A stretch of 64,000 bases of DNA, taken from a virus. Shown here in pieces: positions 23,639 through 32,250 of this stretch; within the stretch, counting starts at the first letter, position 1; the number at the start of each line of letters is the position of its first letter. Where the stretch lies: the IMG/VR virus record IMGVR_UViG_3300002520_000024, positions 1 to 64,000 of that record; one strand, given 5' to 3'. Below the pieces are notes generated by a model. The model did not search any database. It was not told the DNA's origin and worked only from the letters and a program-made list of their open reading frames with translations. The translations under genes were made by a program, and so were the position numbers.

Positions 23639-24653
23639 AGAACATGGTTCGGTTGCTACGGTCGTCGTTAACCCAGGCTTGGGTCTTCTGGAAATCCAGG
23701 TTTGCCCCTGGGATGTTCTTGCCGCGCCAGTTCAATACGGGGCGCAGGCCGCCTTCGTGGCGCTCCAGGTCGGCCAGGCTGATGGTGTAGTGCCCGAGTT
23801 GGCGCCCTGCTCTGGTATCCAGCTCTGCCAGGACGCGGTGGTCAAACTCCATGGTGCTTTGGCCAAATGACTTTGCCGCGTGCGCCGGGACGAACAGCTT
23901 GTAGCGATCCAGATCTACCTGCTGGACGAACAGCACCGTGAAACCGAGCAGCACCACCAAGATAACGTGGTCGGTGTAGGGGTGCTCAAATCGGGCGTCG
24001 ATGATCAGCGGATCGGAGCATTCACCAACCGTGCCGGAGAGAAAAACCCGCCCCGTTGGTTGGTGGTTGCCACTGAGGTGGTGCAGGCTGCTGAGGGTTG
24101 CCGCGTAGTTGCTGAGATCCATGCGAACAGTCGGGGCAGGGGCCGTGACTGTCTGGATCAAGCTGGGGTGAATGCTAAACTCAGGCCCACTGGTAACCAG
24201 GCTGACTTCAACCGAGCCGGGGCCAGAACCAACAGGCAAAGTGCCTGCCACACTGGCCTTTGAGGAGAAGCCATCGGGCTCAACAGTGACGAAGGTGGCG
24301 ATGCTGTCGGTGGTCTCGTTGAACCAGTTGCGCACGGTGTTGGCGTAATCCTCGGCCATGTCGCCGGAGACAGGGAGAGAGACCAGCTGGGTATCGTGGC
24401 CGCCGGGCTGATTGGACTGGCACAGGATATCGGCTCGCAGGTTGGTGCTGGCAAAGCCGCCTTGCACGACCCGGATGCCTTGGATCTTGAAGTTCGTGGT
24501 ATCAGGGAGGGTGGTGCGCGGGCGAGTGGTGATAGGGGAGAACAGCTGGGGGTGCATGTCCTCAAACTCCTTGATGGTTACCATCTCGCGGACGATGTAG
24601 GCCTGCAGGTTGCCAAGGTCTACCTGGAATTTCTTGATGTTTTCGACGTTCAT
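23508..24653 (-). CDS. hypothetical protein (about 380 aa), 3' end doubtful
   Basis: ATG 24653 (MNVENIKK) preceded by ACGGAG. The last ~45 codons (MFYAQRRLPSLLHHVFWP...) look out of frame. Confidence 0.6.
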   Translation of the reverse strand: MNVENIKKFQVDLGNLQAYIVREMVTIKEFEDMHPQLFSPITTRPRTTLPDTTNFKIQGIRVVQGGFASTNLRADILCQSNQPGGHDTQLVSLPVSGDMAEDYANTVRNWFNETTDSIATFVTVEPDGFSSKASVAGTLPVGSGPGSVEVSLVTSGPEFSIHPSLIQTVTAPAPTVRMDLSNYAATLSSLHHLSGNHQPTGRVFLSGTVGECSDPLIIDARFEHPYTDHVILVVLLGFTVLFVQQVDLDRYKLFVPAHAAKSFGQSTMEFDHRVLAELDTRAGRQLGHYTISLADLERHEGGLRPVLNWRGKNIPGANLDFQKTQAWVNDDRSNRTMFYAQRRLPSLLHHVFWPVLWQQALLHHGGVQGHADPNLPDLPAC

Positions 24654-24690
24654 GGGGTTGCTCCGTGGTGGTGTTCGGTTATTTGCAGGC

Positions 24691-24733
24691 ACTATAAATG
24701 AAAAAACCGGGCCATGTTGTGACCCGGGTCGCA
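24691..24733 (-). promoter_or_regulatory. class-II-type promoter with CRP-like dyad
   Basis: Dyad TGTGACCCGGGTCGCA at 24718-24733. -10 TATAGT at 24691-24696, 29 nt from the centre. Confidence 0.6.
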
Positions 24734-24747
24734 AAAATGCGAGGCTC

Positions 24748-25368
24748 CTACACCCCAAGAATAACGGGGGCCTGGCCTGCAGGTGGTGGCAGCTTACCTG
24801 CAAGCCGGGCGAGCAGCTGACGGGTGATATAGGCGTCACCGAGGCTGGAGTGGTTGTTGCGGTTGGGGTCGAACCCCTCCCGCACCAGCGCCTCAGAGAG
24901 CTTGATGTTCTTCGGCAGCATGCGCCACTCAGCGTAGAGCTTCATCAGGCAATGCACATCGAACAGCTGGCTCAGATCCATGTTGATGCCGTGGGCCTTG
25001 GCCGACTGCTTGATCATGCGCACGTCGAAGTCAGCGTTATAGGCGACTATCGGCCGGTCACCCAGCGAGCCGAGCAGGTAGAGGATCTGCTGCGACACCT
25101 CGGCGAATGTCGGAGCATTAACCAGCCGGTCTGGTGTGATGCCGTGCACCAGCTCTGCCTCGGGGCTACAGGGCTTGGTGGCCTTGATCAACGAATCGAA
25201 CAGCACGGCGCCGGTCTTGGCAGACACCAAGGTGATGGCCAGGATTTCGTCGTCCCCTTTGAAGCCGGTGGTTTCTGTGTCCAGCACCACGGCGTCCAGG
25301 TAGAATAGCTCGCGGGCGAACGGTATGTGCGGCGGGTAGTCAGCCGCTGGTTTCGTGGTGAAGTCCAT
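24748..25368 (-). CDS. DnaQ-like (DEDDh) 3'-5' exonuclease
   Basis: Exo motifs VLDTETTG, AYNADFDVRM and HSSLGDAYIT. Confidence 0.8.
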   Translation of the reverse strand: MDFTTKPAADYPPHIPFARELFYLDAVVLDTETTGFKGDDEILAITLVSAKTGAVLFDSLIKATKPCSPEAELVHGITPDRLVNAPTFAEVSQQILYLLGSLGDRPIVAYNADFDVRMIKQSAKAHGINMDLSQLFDVHCLMKLYAEWRMLPKNIKLSEALVREGFDPNRNNHSSLGDAYITRQLLARLAGKLPPPAGQAPVILGV

Positions 25369-25370
25369 GG

Positions 25371-25676
25371 TCAGTACACCGGATTGGGCAGATAGTCTGC
25401 GTTAGGATACTCCAGCATCATCTTGGTGCATGCCTGTGCCAGCTCTGTGTAGCGGTGGCGCTCCTCCAGCAGCAGCTTGTGCAGGTGCTTGAAGGCCTCC
25501 TCGCGGTCTTCGGTGCAGAGGCCACGCTGGTTATGGGTTTTCGGGTTGACGGTGAAGCTGCCGCCAAAGCGGTTTACCTTCCAGGTCTTCTCCGTCTTGG
25601 AGATTATTGAGTAGCAGCGGATCCCGGGGGTGCCTGTTTCTGGGGCGCTCGGGATAACGACGTAAAGGGTGCTCAT
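25371..25676 (-). CDS. hypothetical protein
   Basis: 101-aa ORF. Confidence 0.6.
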   Translation of the reverse strand: MSTLYVVIPSAPETGTPGIRCYSIISKTEKTWKVNRFGGSFTVNPKTHNQRGLCTEDREEAFKHLHKLLLEERHRYTELAQACTKMMLEYPNADYLPNPVY

Positions 25677-25984
25677 GCTAAATCCTCTTCAGGTAGTGGA
25701 TCGCCAGGTAGGCGGACGTTGGTGCCGCGAGGGTCGCCTGTGATAGATCGGTCGTAGTTGATAACCCCCATGGTCAGCAGCTTGAGGCCAGACCGCCGCA
25801 CCGACGCGGCGTAGAATCGGGTGATGCGGGTGCGTGGCCAGTCAGTGTAGCCAAAACCATCAATCCAATCGGCCATTGCCATCGCAGCCTCACCAGCCCC
25901 CAGCAGCGTGTTTGATCTGGCCTTGGCAGCACAAGCATCACCGGCGTGGCTACACGGGTATTTCATCTTCAGTGACATCATCAC
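25673..25984 (-). CDS. hypothetical protein
   Basis: 103-aa ORF. 4-nt overlap with its neighbour. Confidence 0.55.
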   Translation of the reverse strand: MMMSLKMKYPCSHAGDACAAKARSNTLLGAGEAAMAMADWIDGFGYTDWPRTRITRFYAASVRRSGLKLLTMGVINYDRSITGDPRGTNVRLPGDPLPEEDLA

Positions 25985-26348
25985 CCCCGAGTATCAGTTG
26001 CAGCATTTTCCAGTTGTAGCCGGCACAGTAGGCCAACGCCTCCTGGCCCCACGAGGAATAACGCTGTGCGCCATCGCCAAACTGGACAGCGGCGTAGCGC
26101 CGACCGTGGAAAACGATGCGCGGCTTAATTGCCTTGTGGAAGTTTTTAGCCTTCAGCTCAAGGTCAGGCAGCTCCTCAAACACAACCATCCATGATGACA
26201 ACTCACTTCGCTTGAAGCAGTGCTTGACGGTAAGGACGTCGCCCTCACTCTTCAGCAGATTGGCCGCCTTAGACCAGTTGATACCTGCGAGCCTCGGGTT
26301 GTTGATCCAGGGGCTGGGGAAATGGGGCGTACTGGGAAAGCAGCTCAT
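25950..26348 (-). CDS. hypothetical protein
   Basis: 132-aa ORF. Confidence 0.55.
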   Translation of the reverse strand: MSCFPSTPHFPSPWINNPRLAGINWSKAANLLKSEGDVLTVKHCFKRSELSSWMVVFEELPDLELKAKNFHKAIKPRIVFHGRRYAAVQFGDGAQRYSSWGQEALAYCAGYNWKMLQLILGGDDVTEDEIPV

Positions 26349-26372
26349 GCTCCAGGCCTTTGACTGCAGCTC

Positions 26373-26702
26373 TCATTTTGACTCCGCCCTTTCATGGTCA
26401 TGGACAACAGCCATGTACCCGAGGATGTACGAGGCGGAGAAGCTGCCAAGACGCGGCCGGAGGGTAGTGCTTGCCTCCAGGGTGCCGTAGCGGGCAATCA
26501 TCGTCTCGGCCGCGGTCTCCCCGGCAACAAACTCCTCGTCGTAGTTCATGACGAAATAGAGGGTGCGCAGCTCGGTATTGAGCCCTGACTGCACGATGGC
26601 CAACGGCGCGTTAATCTGCATATCTGCAGGCGGCGCCTTGTAACGATCATCGCGGCGAATGGCGTGCATCCGGTCGCGGATTGCTTCTTCGCTCAGGCGC
26701 AT
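26373..26702 (-). CDS. hypothetical protein
   Basis: 109-aa ORF. Confidence 0.6.
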   Translation of the reverse strand: MRLSEEAIRDRMHAIRRDDRYKAPPADMQINAPLAIVQSGLNTELRTLYFVMNYDEEFVAGETAAETMIARYGTLEASTTLRPRLGSFSASYILGYMAVVHDHERAESK

Positions 26703-27073
26703 GACTGGTCAACCTCGTTCTTGAATGGGCGGGCGTAGTAGCTGCGCAGGAAGGGGCAGTCAAGGGCAGTTTGCCAGCCGATCTTGAAGGCCTCGTCGTG
26801 GTCTTTCAGATCAGCGCGGGCTGCCGCCTTTTCGCCGTACTGGTCGATAAGCTCGAAACATGCACGGGCACCCTCTACTACGGTGGGCTTGCTGCCTAGC
26901 AGCAGGAGGCGATAGGCACGAACCTGAGCTTTCATCCCGGCTACCCGAGCGGTGTAGACACCGAACTCGTTGTTGATATCACCCTGGTCCTCCAGGCGCT
27001 TCAATTCAGCCTGAAAGGTCTCGTACAGATCGAGGATATGTTTTTCAGTGGCGTACATAATCTGGGTTTGCAT
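26693..27073 (-). CDS. hypothetical protein
   Basis: 126-aa ORF. RBS AGAAGGAG. Confidence 0.65.
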   Translation of the reverse strand: MQTQIMYATEKHILDLYETFQAELKRLEDQGDINNEFGVYTARVAGMKAQVRAYRLLLLGSKPTVVEGARACFELIDQYGEKAAARADLKDHDEAFKIGWQTALDCPFLRSYYARPFKNEVDQSCA

Positions 27074-27141
27074 ACGAAGGCTCCTTCTGATGAATAGGGC
27101 CAGCTTGCCACAACCGGCCCCACTTTACTGTGACCGGGGTC

Positions 27142-27297
27142 TCAATCCTGATCACCAACCTTCTTGCCGGGCACAGTGCCGATGTCCTTGCCGGTACCCT
27201 CGTCCACCAGATGCTGGGGGACATGCGGGGACCAGTCTTTGCCTGGCTCATAGCCGGTCAACTGAGGCATCGGCTCAATCTGTCTGGTTTGCGTCAT
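27142..27297 (-). CDS. small hypothetical protein (51 aa)
   Basis: ATG 27297 overlaps the upstream stop (ATGA). Confidence 0.4.
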   Translation of the reverse strand: MTQTRQIEPMPQLTGYEPGKDWSPHVPQHLVDEGTGKDIGTVPGKKVGDQD

Positions 27298-27539
27298 GGG
27301 CTGATCCCCTTGTCTTTGCCCCAGGCCTCTACCAGCGTCTCCCAGCCCCACAGGCATAGGCCGCCAATAAGCAGGACTATGGAGGTTGGCGCGAACACGG
27401 TGAAGGCTACGCCGCGGCAGAAGCCATCAAGGTGCGGGTGCGTGTCACCGAGCCACCACCAGTAAAAGGCACATGCGGCCAGCAGGTAGAGCACAACCAG
27501 CACCCAGTGCAGGTTGAGGTAGTTCCACAGGTCAGCCAT
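27294..27539 (-). CDS. membrane protein (2-3 TM)
   Basis: ATG 27539 (MADLWNY). Hydrophobic segments. Confidence 0.55.
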   Translation of the reverse strand: MADLWNYLNLHWVLVVLYLLAACAFYWWWLGDTHPHLDGFCRGVAFTVFAPTSIVLLIGGLCLWGWETLVEAWGKDKGISP

Positions 27540-27942
27540 GGCTGATACTCCAGCTGAGAACCAGGAGGGTGGCACTGCAGATCCACACGGAGTAAAGCAC
27601 CCAAGGCTTCACTCGATCAGGATGGGCCGATGTATTACGGTCTTCCACATAGCACATCAGGCCACCGATGCACGACATCAGGGTGAACACCTTCAGCATC
27701 GTCGCGTCAGTCTCAAGCACTGCCATCGTGATCCCCGTGACCATAAGGTAGACGAGAATCAGGACGTGCAGGTGCTTGGTCCGGACTTGGCGAGCGAAGA
27801 AACCAAAGTACCAGCCGACACCGGGGCTGTACCAGCGTTCCACCTTGCTTGAGTTGAGCAGTTTGCTCCCCAGCGCCATCACCACGATGGAAACCAGCAA
27901 GCCTGCAACTGCCAAGAGGAAAACCAGGGTAAATGTAGTCAT
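27532..27942 (-). CDS. membrane protein (about 4 TM)
   Basis: 136-aa ORF with several hydrophobic helices. Confidence 0.6.
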   Translation of the reverse strand: MTTFTLVFLLAVAGLLVSIVVMALGSKLLNSSKVERWYSPGVGWYFGFFARQVRTKHLHVLILVYLMVTGITMAVLETDATMLKVFTLMSCIGGLMCYVEDRNTSAHPDRVKPWVLYSVWICSATLLVLSWSISHG

Positions 27943-28433
27943 TTTTTGCCTCCTTGGGCACGTTTTTTGAGGGCCTGCTTTACTGTCAGGCCGGTATCCA
28001 CTTCCACCGGGTCAGGGCGGCCAAACTCCCGCTTGGTGGCTGCACAGGCCTTACTGCAAGACCTGCCCCAGCCACGCTCAAGGTCAGCCACCCTGGCATG
28101 GTACTTTGTGCCGCAATGGCACTGCAGCCACAGCTTGGCGCCACGGGTAGGTGCCGGCGGCGCGGTTCTTACTTTCCTGATTTCAGCAGGGCGCCGATCC
28201 AGCTCTTCGGTGAGCAGGTCCACCCAGTCACCCCACATGTCCATGTCCTCCTCAAAGCCAGCGCAGACCTGCATGCGCTTGGCTACTCGGATTGCATTGG
28301 TGAGGTGTCTGGTTGACATGCCCTTGACATTCACCGTGCCGTCCTGGGCCGGCCAATCACCGAAGGCCAGACCTTCCGCGAAAGGGCTATATTCCAGGTC
28401 GTAAGCACCGCAGCTTTCTGCACCTTGTCCCAT
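27939..28433 (-). CDS. hypothetical protein with C-terminal Cys ribbon
   Basis: 164-aa ORF. CHCGTKYH...CSKAC. Confidence 0.6.
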   Translation of the reverse strand: MGQGAESCGAYDLEYSPFAEGLAFGDWPAQDGTVNVKGMSTRHLTNAIRVAKRMQVCAGFEEDMDMWGDWVDLLTEELDRRPAEIRKVRTAPPAPTRGAKLWLQCHCGTKYHARVADLERGWGRSCSKACAATKREFGRPDPVEVDTGLTVKQALKKRAQGGKK

Positions 28434-28443
28434 GGCCTACCCC

Positions 28444-29310
28444 TTAGAGCTTGCAGCTATCGCCGCAATCATCAGCACCAGCCTCGCCACCATCAACAGC
28501 CGGCGGGGCAGCAATCGTAGCCTCGGCCTTTGCCAGCGCGTCCTCGAAATCGGCGTCGCTGAACGCAGCGAGTTCATCAATCTCACCCTGCGCCGCAGCT
28601 ATGGCACCGGCATGCACCGAGGCGTCGATGTACTCGACACTGGCAAGCATGAAGGCCGCTGCTCGCAGCAGGTTCTCGCGGGGGCTGCGGGGCTTGAAGG
28701 TTTCAGGCGCCCATGGCCACATGGCCCAGACGTCGTGGTCTGCCGGATTGCCCACCGCACCCTCCATGGCGTTGGCACTATAGGCGATACCAGCCATGAT
28801 CAGGTGCTCGATGCTGTTGTTTTGCAGGTCACCATCCAGGCTGTACTTGGTGCGCTGGTGGTGGAAGGCTGCCACTGCGGCCATAACCGCGGGGCTGCGA
28901 TAGAGCGTGGTGTGGCCATGGAACCACCCGGCGTCAGGCTGACAGGCGGAGATCAGGTCTTCCGGATCACACCCGTGGATCTGGGCCAGGCGGTTGATCA
29001 CGTCATAGGGGTCGGCGCCAAAGTTCTCACAGGCCTTGGCCGTGGTGCAGCGCCGGCTATGGACGGTGGAGGGCGAGGTACACCCAGGCGTGGTGCACGG
29101 CACGGGGGCCATGGTAGGTTCGTTCATGTTTTCCTCACTTGGTTGCAGTTCAGCCATGATGGCCAAGCACTCTTTCACGATTCGGCGGGTGTCGTCACGG
29201 CATTCCATACCGACACCACAGCAGGTGATCAAAGCCTTGTCCACCTGGCCGAGTCTCTTCTGCAACCCAGCCAGCAGGTCAGCCGGCAGGGCATTTTTCA
29301 GGGTAGGCAT
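28444..29310 (-). CDS. hypothetical protein, possibly all-alpha NTP pyrophosphohydrolase-like (DUF550-type) C-terminal half
   Basis: ATG 29310 (MPTLKN). IEHLIMAGIAYSANAMEG...NLLRAAAFMLASVEYID resembles phage dATP/dGTP pyrophosphohydrolase-like domains. Cys-rich N-terminal half. Confidence 0.35.
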   Translation of the reverse strand: MPTLKNALPADLLAGLQKRLGQVDKALITCCGVGMECRDDTRRIVKECLAIMAELQPSEENMNEPTMAPVPCTTPGCTSPSTVHSRRCTTAKACENFGADPYDVINRLAQIHGCDPEDLISACQPDAGWFHGHTTLYRSPAVMAAVAAFHHQRTKYSLDGDLQNNSIEHLIMAGIAYSANAMEGAVGNPADHDVWAMWPWAPETFKPRSPRENLLRAAAFMLASVEYIDASVHAGAIAAAQGEIDELAAFSDADFEDALAKAEATIAAPPAVDGGEAGADDCGDSCKL

Positions 29311-29314
29311 CTTG

Positions 29315-29704
29315 CTACTCTTGCTTGACGATGGCCACCTGGTTCTCGTGCAGGCTCTGTGCTGCGGCAGCTGCAAACCCGAAGCACAGCATCGCCTCAC
29401 CTTGCACATTGGCAGCCCCGCTGACGATGGCATTGTAGGAGGTTTGTGCCCGCATCTGGGCCAGGTCTTCATCGATCCCCAGCAGCGCGGCGTTGTAAAA
29501 ATTCTGTGCCGCCGACATGGCGCCATCAGCGGAGGCTGCATCCAGCTCGGCAACACCGGAGTAGACACCCGCACAAGAGGCATAGACCTCCGCCATGGCA
29601 GTGTCGATGACACCCTCAGTCTCGGGTTGCGGATTGGCCATGGCGCAGGCGCTGGATGTCAGGGTAATCAGGCTGAACAGAAAAGCGGCGATGTACTTTT
29701 TCAT
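29315..29704 (-). CDS. secreted protein (signal peptide)
   Basis: MKKYIAAFLFSLITLTSSACA followed by an Ala-rich mature part. Confidence 0.65.
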   Translation of the reverse strand: MKKYIAAFLFSLITLTSSACAMANPQPETEGVIDTAMAEVYASCAGVYSGVAELDAASADGAMSAAQNFYNAALLGIDEDLAQMRAQTSYNAIVSGAANVQGEAMLCFGFAAAAAQSLHENQVAIVKQE

Positions 29705-29755
29705 GGTGGTGTCTCTCTTGTTGGTGGTTGCTATCGAATCAGCTTCGACAGGGAG

Positions 29756-29825
29756 ACTGTAAAATATCTAGTGTTTTGATTCTGTGAGGTACGTCTCAGA
29801 ACAGAAAAGTGGGTTGTGAGATAGT
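29756..29825. promoter_or_regulatory. bidirectional promoter sharing one CRP-like dyad
   Basis: Dyad TGTGAGGTACGTCTCA at 29783-29798. Minus-strand -10 TACAGT at 29756-29761 and plus-strand -10 GATAGT at 29820-29825, each 29 nt from the dyad centre. Confidence 0.6.
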
Positions 29826-29859
29826 TCAGTTCTCCAATCGATTCGATAGGAATACCGAA

Positions 29860-30564
29860 ATGTTCAAGAGCTACATCAGATCCAAACACAAAAACCTGCC
29901 GATCGGTTTAAAGGTGACCCATGTGACCTGGATAGCCCCCAGCATGAAGAACGAGGTGACCGTGGTGCTCAGCCATGGGGGTTCTCGGGCTGGTTACGGC
30001 GAAGGCCATAAAGAGCTGCATGCTCTCACCTACACGGCTACTGTCACCGGCGCAAACAGCGGGCGGACCCTGGACGCTGCCCAGAATGAGCTGCTGATGC
30101 CGCAGGCACAGGCCAATGCCCAGCTGTGGAAATTCATTCGGGACTGTGAGCGACACCCTAGCACCGAAAGCCTTACCATCGAGCTGTACGGCCGTCCATA
30201 TGCCCTGCCTTTCTTCTACGTGCTGGAGCCGGCAGACCTGCAGGTTGGCGACGTCATCCAGCTGCGCAAGGGTGCACGGTACCGCATCAACTCCATGGAT
30301 CCTGATGGATGGCGCGTGACCTGGTACGCCTCTGCCAAGGATGTGCGGGAGGCCAGCAAATACCCCCAGCCATTCAAGACTGAAGCACCGCATTTCATCG
30401 CAAACCCGGGCCAGATGCTCCGTGCCACGATGGCCAAGCGCGTCATCAAAGCCCACATCGCAGGAGAAGACACCAATGATCAAGAGCACCTTTATTCGCA
30501 TGGAGATGGAGACTGTCGATGCGATAGCCGATATGGATGCAGAATTGGCCCAATTGCTTATTGA
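29860..30564 (+). CDS. hypothetical protein
   Basis: ATG 29860. The 3' end overlaps the next gene by 89 nt and looks low-quality. Confidence 0.55.
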   Translation: MFKSYIRSKHKNLPIGLKVTHVTWIAPSMKNEVTVVLSHGGSRAGYGEGHKELHALTYTATVTGANSGRTLDAAQNELLMPQAQANAQLWKFIRDCERHPSTESLTIELYGRPYALPFFYVLEPADLQVGDVIQLRKGARYRINSMDPDGWRVTWYASAKDVREASKYPQPFKTEAPHFIANPGQMLRATMAKRVIKAHIAGEDTNDQEHLYSHGDGDCRCDSRYGCRIGPIAY

Positions 30565-30814
30565 GCACAACGCCTTGGTAGCCAAGCTGTCGGTGAAGAT
30601 GGCAAAGCTGGCAGACCAGCAGCGCGGGGAAGCCGATCTGTTCAAGGCTGTTACCGATCTAACCGCACGGGCAGTGCTGGCACAAGCGTTATTCCGCGCC
30701 CGCGGTAGCGCCAGCGCAGCGGCTCGGCGCCTTGGCATGAATCGCGGCACCTTTCGCCGCTGGGCCAAGGAGCTGGGGTTGCACAAAGCCAATGACGCCG
30801 GTTGCCGGCTGTAG
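30476..30814 (+). CDS. Fis/NtrC-type HTH (HTH_8-like) DNA-binding protein
   Basis: ATG 30476 preceded by AGGAGAAG. C-terminus GSASAAARRLGMNRGTFRRWAKELGL matches the Fis-family HTH pattern. Confidence 0.6.
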   Translation: MIKSTFIRMEMETVDAIADMDAELAQLLIEHNALVAKLSVKMAKLADQQRGEADLFKAVTDLTARAVLAQALFRARGSASAAARRLGMNRGTFRRWAKELGLHKANDAGCRL

Positions 30815-30823
30815 GAGATTATC

Positions 30824-31468
30824 GTGAGCAAGACTAAAAAGATCCGCCGACTGCGCAAGCAGCTGGATCAGCAGAACAGCGCAGCCGAGCTGCAGGCCAT
30901 GCAAGACCAGCTGGATCATCTGAACGCCCAGCGCGAGCGCGAGCAAGCTGTATTGGAGCAGGCCAGCAAGGCTATTGATGACCTGGAACTCAACCGCATG
31001 CACTGGCGGTCTTTGGCCGATGTGTTCATTCGCACCTTGGGGCGCAATCACATGTTTAGCCGAATGGCTATTGTGGCCGGGGGCGATGTCTATCAGGAGC
31101 GACAACCCTACCACGTGGGCAACCAGGTGCATTACCAAGCGGTTCCCTCACCTGTACCTGGTAATTACCGCTGCGCCCCTGATGCGGCAACAGCCCGCTA
31201 TCGGGAACTGGAGCACTGCGGGATGCAGGTGGTCACCATGACCATGAGAAAGGACGCACAACTGTTCAAACCGGGGCACGAGTTCTTGCAGCGGGTTACT
31301 CTGGGTGACCGCTCCTTCGGCTTTGCCATCAACGTGACGCAAGCCGCGCTGATACCGAGATCCGTGCTGGAGAAAGAGGTGATAGACTACGCGCTGAGAG
31401 CTTTTGACGAGTTGCTTCAGGTGGCCCAACAGGACATTGAAGCTGGTTATGGTAAAGCACGACGGTGA
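30824..31468 (+). CDS. hypothetical protein with N-terminal coiled coil
   Basis: 214-aa ORF. Confidence 0.6.
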   Translation: MSKTKKIRRLRKQLDQQNSAAELQAMQDQLDHLNAQREREQAVLEQASKAIDDLELNRMHWRSLADVFIRTLGRNHMFSRMAIVAGGDVYQERQPYHVGNQVHYQAVPSPVPGNYRCAPDAATARYRELEHCGMQVVTMTMRKDAQLFKPGHEFLQRVTLGDRSFGFAINVTQAALIPRSVLEKEVIDYALRAFDELLQVAQQDIEAGYGKARR

Positions 31469-31480
31469 TCTGGGGGATCA

Positions 31481-31702
31481 ATGAGCAATTGGAAACGGGC
31501 GTATCTCCGGATGCGGAACAGAGCGACCATGGTGATGCTGGCTAAAGGCATGACCTCACTGGAGCTTTACGAGGTTTGCACAAAAGAAGAAGACCCGCTG
31601 ACCTTCATTCAGCGGTTGCCTGATGGGAGTGAGCGGGAAACCTCCGGGCTCCAGCTCTACCAGCAGTTTGTTTACCTCACGTTGGATGCGGCGCAGTCGT
31701 AG
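31481..31702 (+). CDS. hypothetical protein
   Basis: 73-aa ORF. Confidence 0.5.
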   Translation: MSNWKRAYLRMRNRATMVMLAKGMTSLELYEVCTKEEDPLTFIQRLPDGSERETSGLQLYQQFVYLTLDAAQS

Positions 31703-31723
31703 GCATAGGGGGAGAGGTATCGG

Positions 31724-31748
31724 TGGCCCTTCGGGGCCATTTTTGTTT
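31724..31748 (+). terminator. rho-independent terminator
   Basis: TGGCCC-ttcg-GGGCCA followed by TTTTTGTTT. Confidence 0.75.
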
Positions 31749-31749
31749 C

Positions 31750-31792
31750 TGTGAAGTGGCGCACAGTATCGACTGACAATCGGTGCTACAGT
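31750..31792 (+). promoter_or_regulatory. class-II-type promoter with CRP-like dyad
   Basis: Dyad TGTGAAGTGGCGCACA at 31750-31765. -10 TACAGT at 31787-31792, 29 nt from the centre. Confidence 0.6.
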
Positions 31793-31818
31793 CACCACAC
31801 ACTCAGAAGGAGAGCGTT

Positions 31819-32250
31819 ATGAAGCAATCAGTGGCTGGTAAGGTGTTCGTCGTTACGGGGGCCATCGGCACCATGCGCCGGATGCAAATCAAGGCCTTTG
31901 TTAATCGTCAAGGTGGCCGAGTCTGCGGTGCGGTGATGCCGGAAACCGATTACTTGATCACCGCCGGTAGCGATAGCACTGCCAAGCGCAAACGCGCCGA
32001 GGAGCTGGGTATCCAGATCATCAGCATTGATCAGTTCGTGACGGGGTTTCTGCCGGATGGTTTCATCCAGCTGTGTCCTCGTATGGACTTCATCAACGAC
32101 GCGCTGGTGCGTGCTGGGTTCCCGGCCTACGGTAATGCCGAGCTGGCGTTCAAGGCGTTAGCAGAAGCCGCCAAAGACACGGAGCGTCGCCTGCAAATTC
32201 TGATAGAGGCCATGAAACAACTGGGGGACATTCACGATGGCGAGTACTGA
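31819..32250 (+). CDS. BRCT-domain protein
   Basis: GKVFVVTGAIGTMRRMQIKAFVNRQGGRVCGAVMPETDYLITAGSDSTAKRKRAEELGIQIISIDQF follows the BRCT pattern seen at the C-terminus of NAD-dependent ligases. RBS GAAGGAGAG. Confidence 0.6.
   Translation: MKQSVAGKVFVVTGAIGTMRRMQIKAFVNRQGGRVCGAVMPETDYLITAGSDSTAKRKRAEELGIQIISIDQFVTGFLPDGFIQLCPRMDFINDALVRAGFPAYGNAELAFKALAEAAKDTERRLQILIEAMKQLGDIHDGEY

Noticed and set aside
27129-27144. Additional dyad TGTGACCGGGGTCTCA upstream of gene 26693..27073
   Set aside because: No TAnnnT hexamer lies at the 28-29-nt distance on either side (CAAGCT instead). It overlaps the 3' end of a small ORF. It is kept as an orphan site and not called a promoter.
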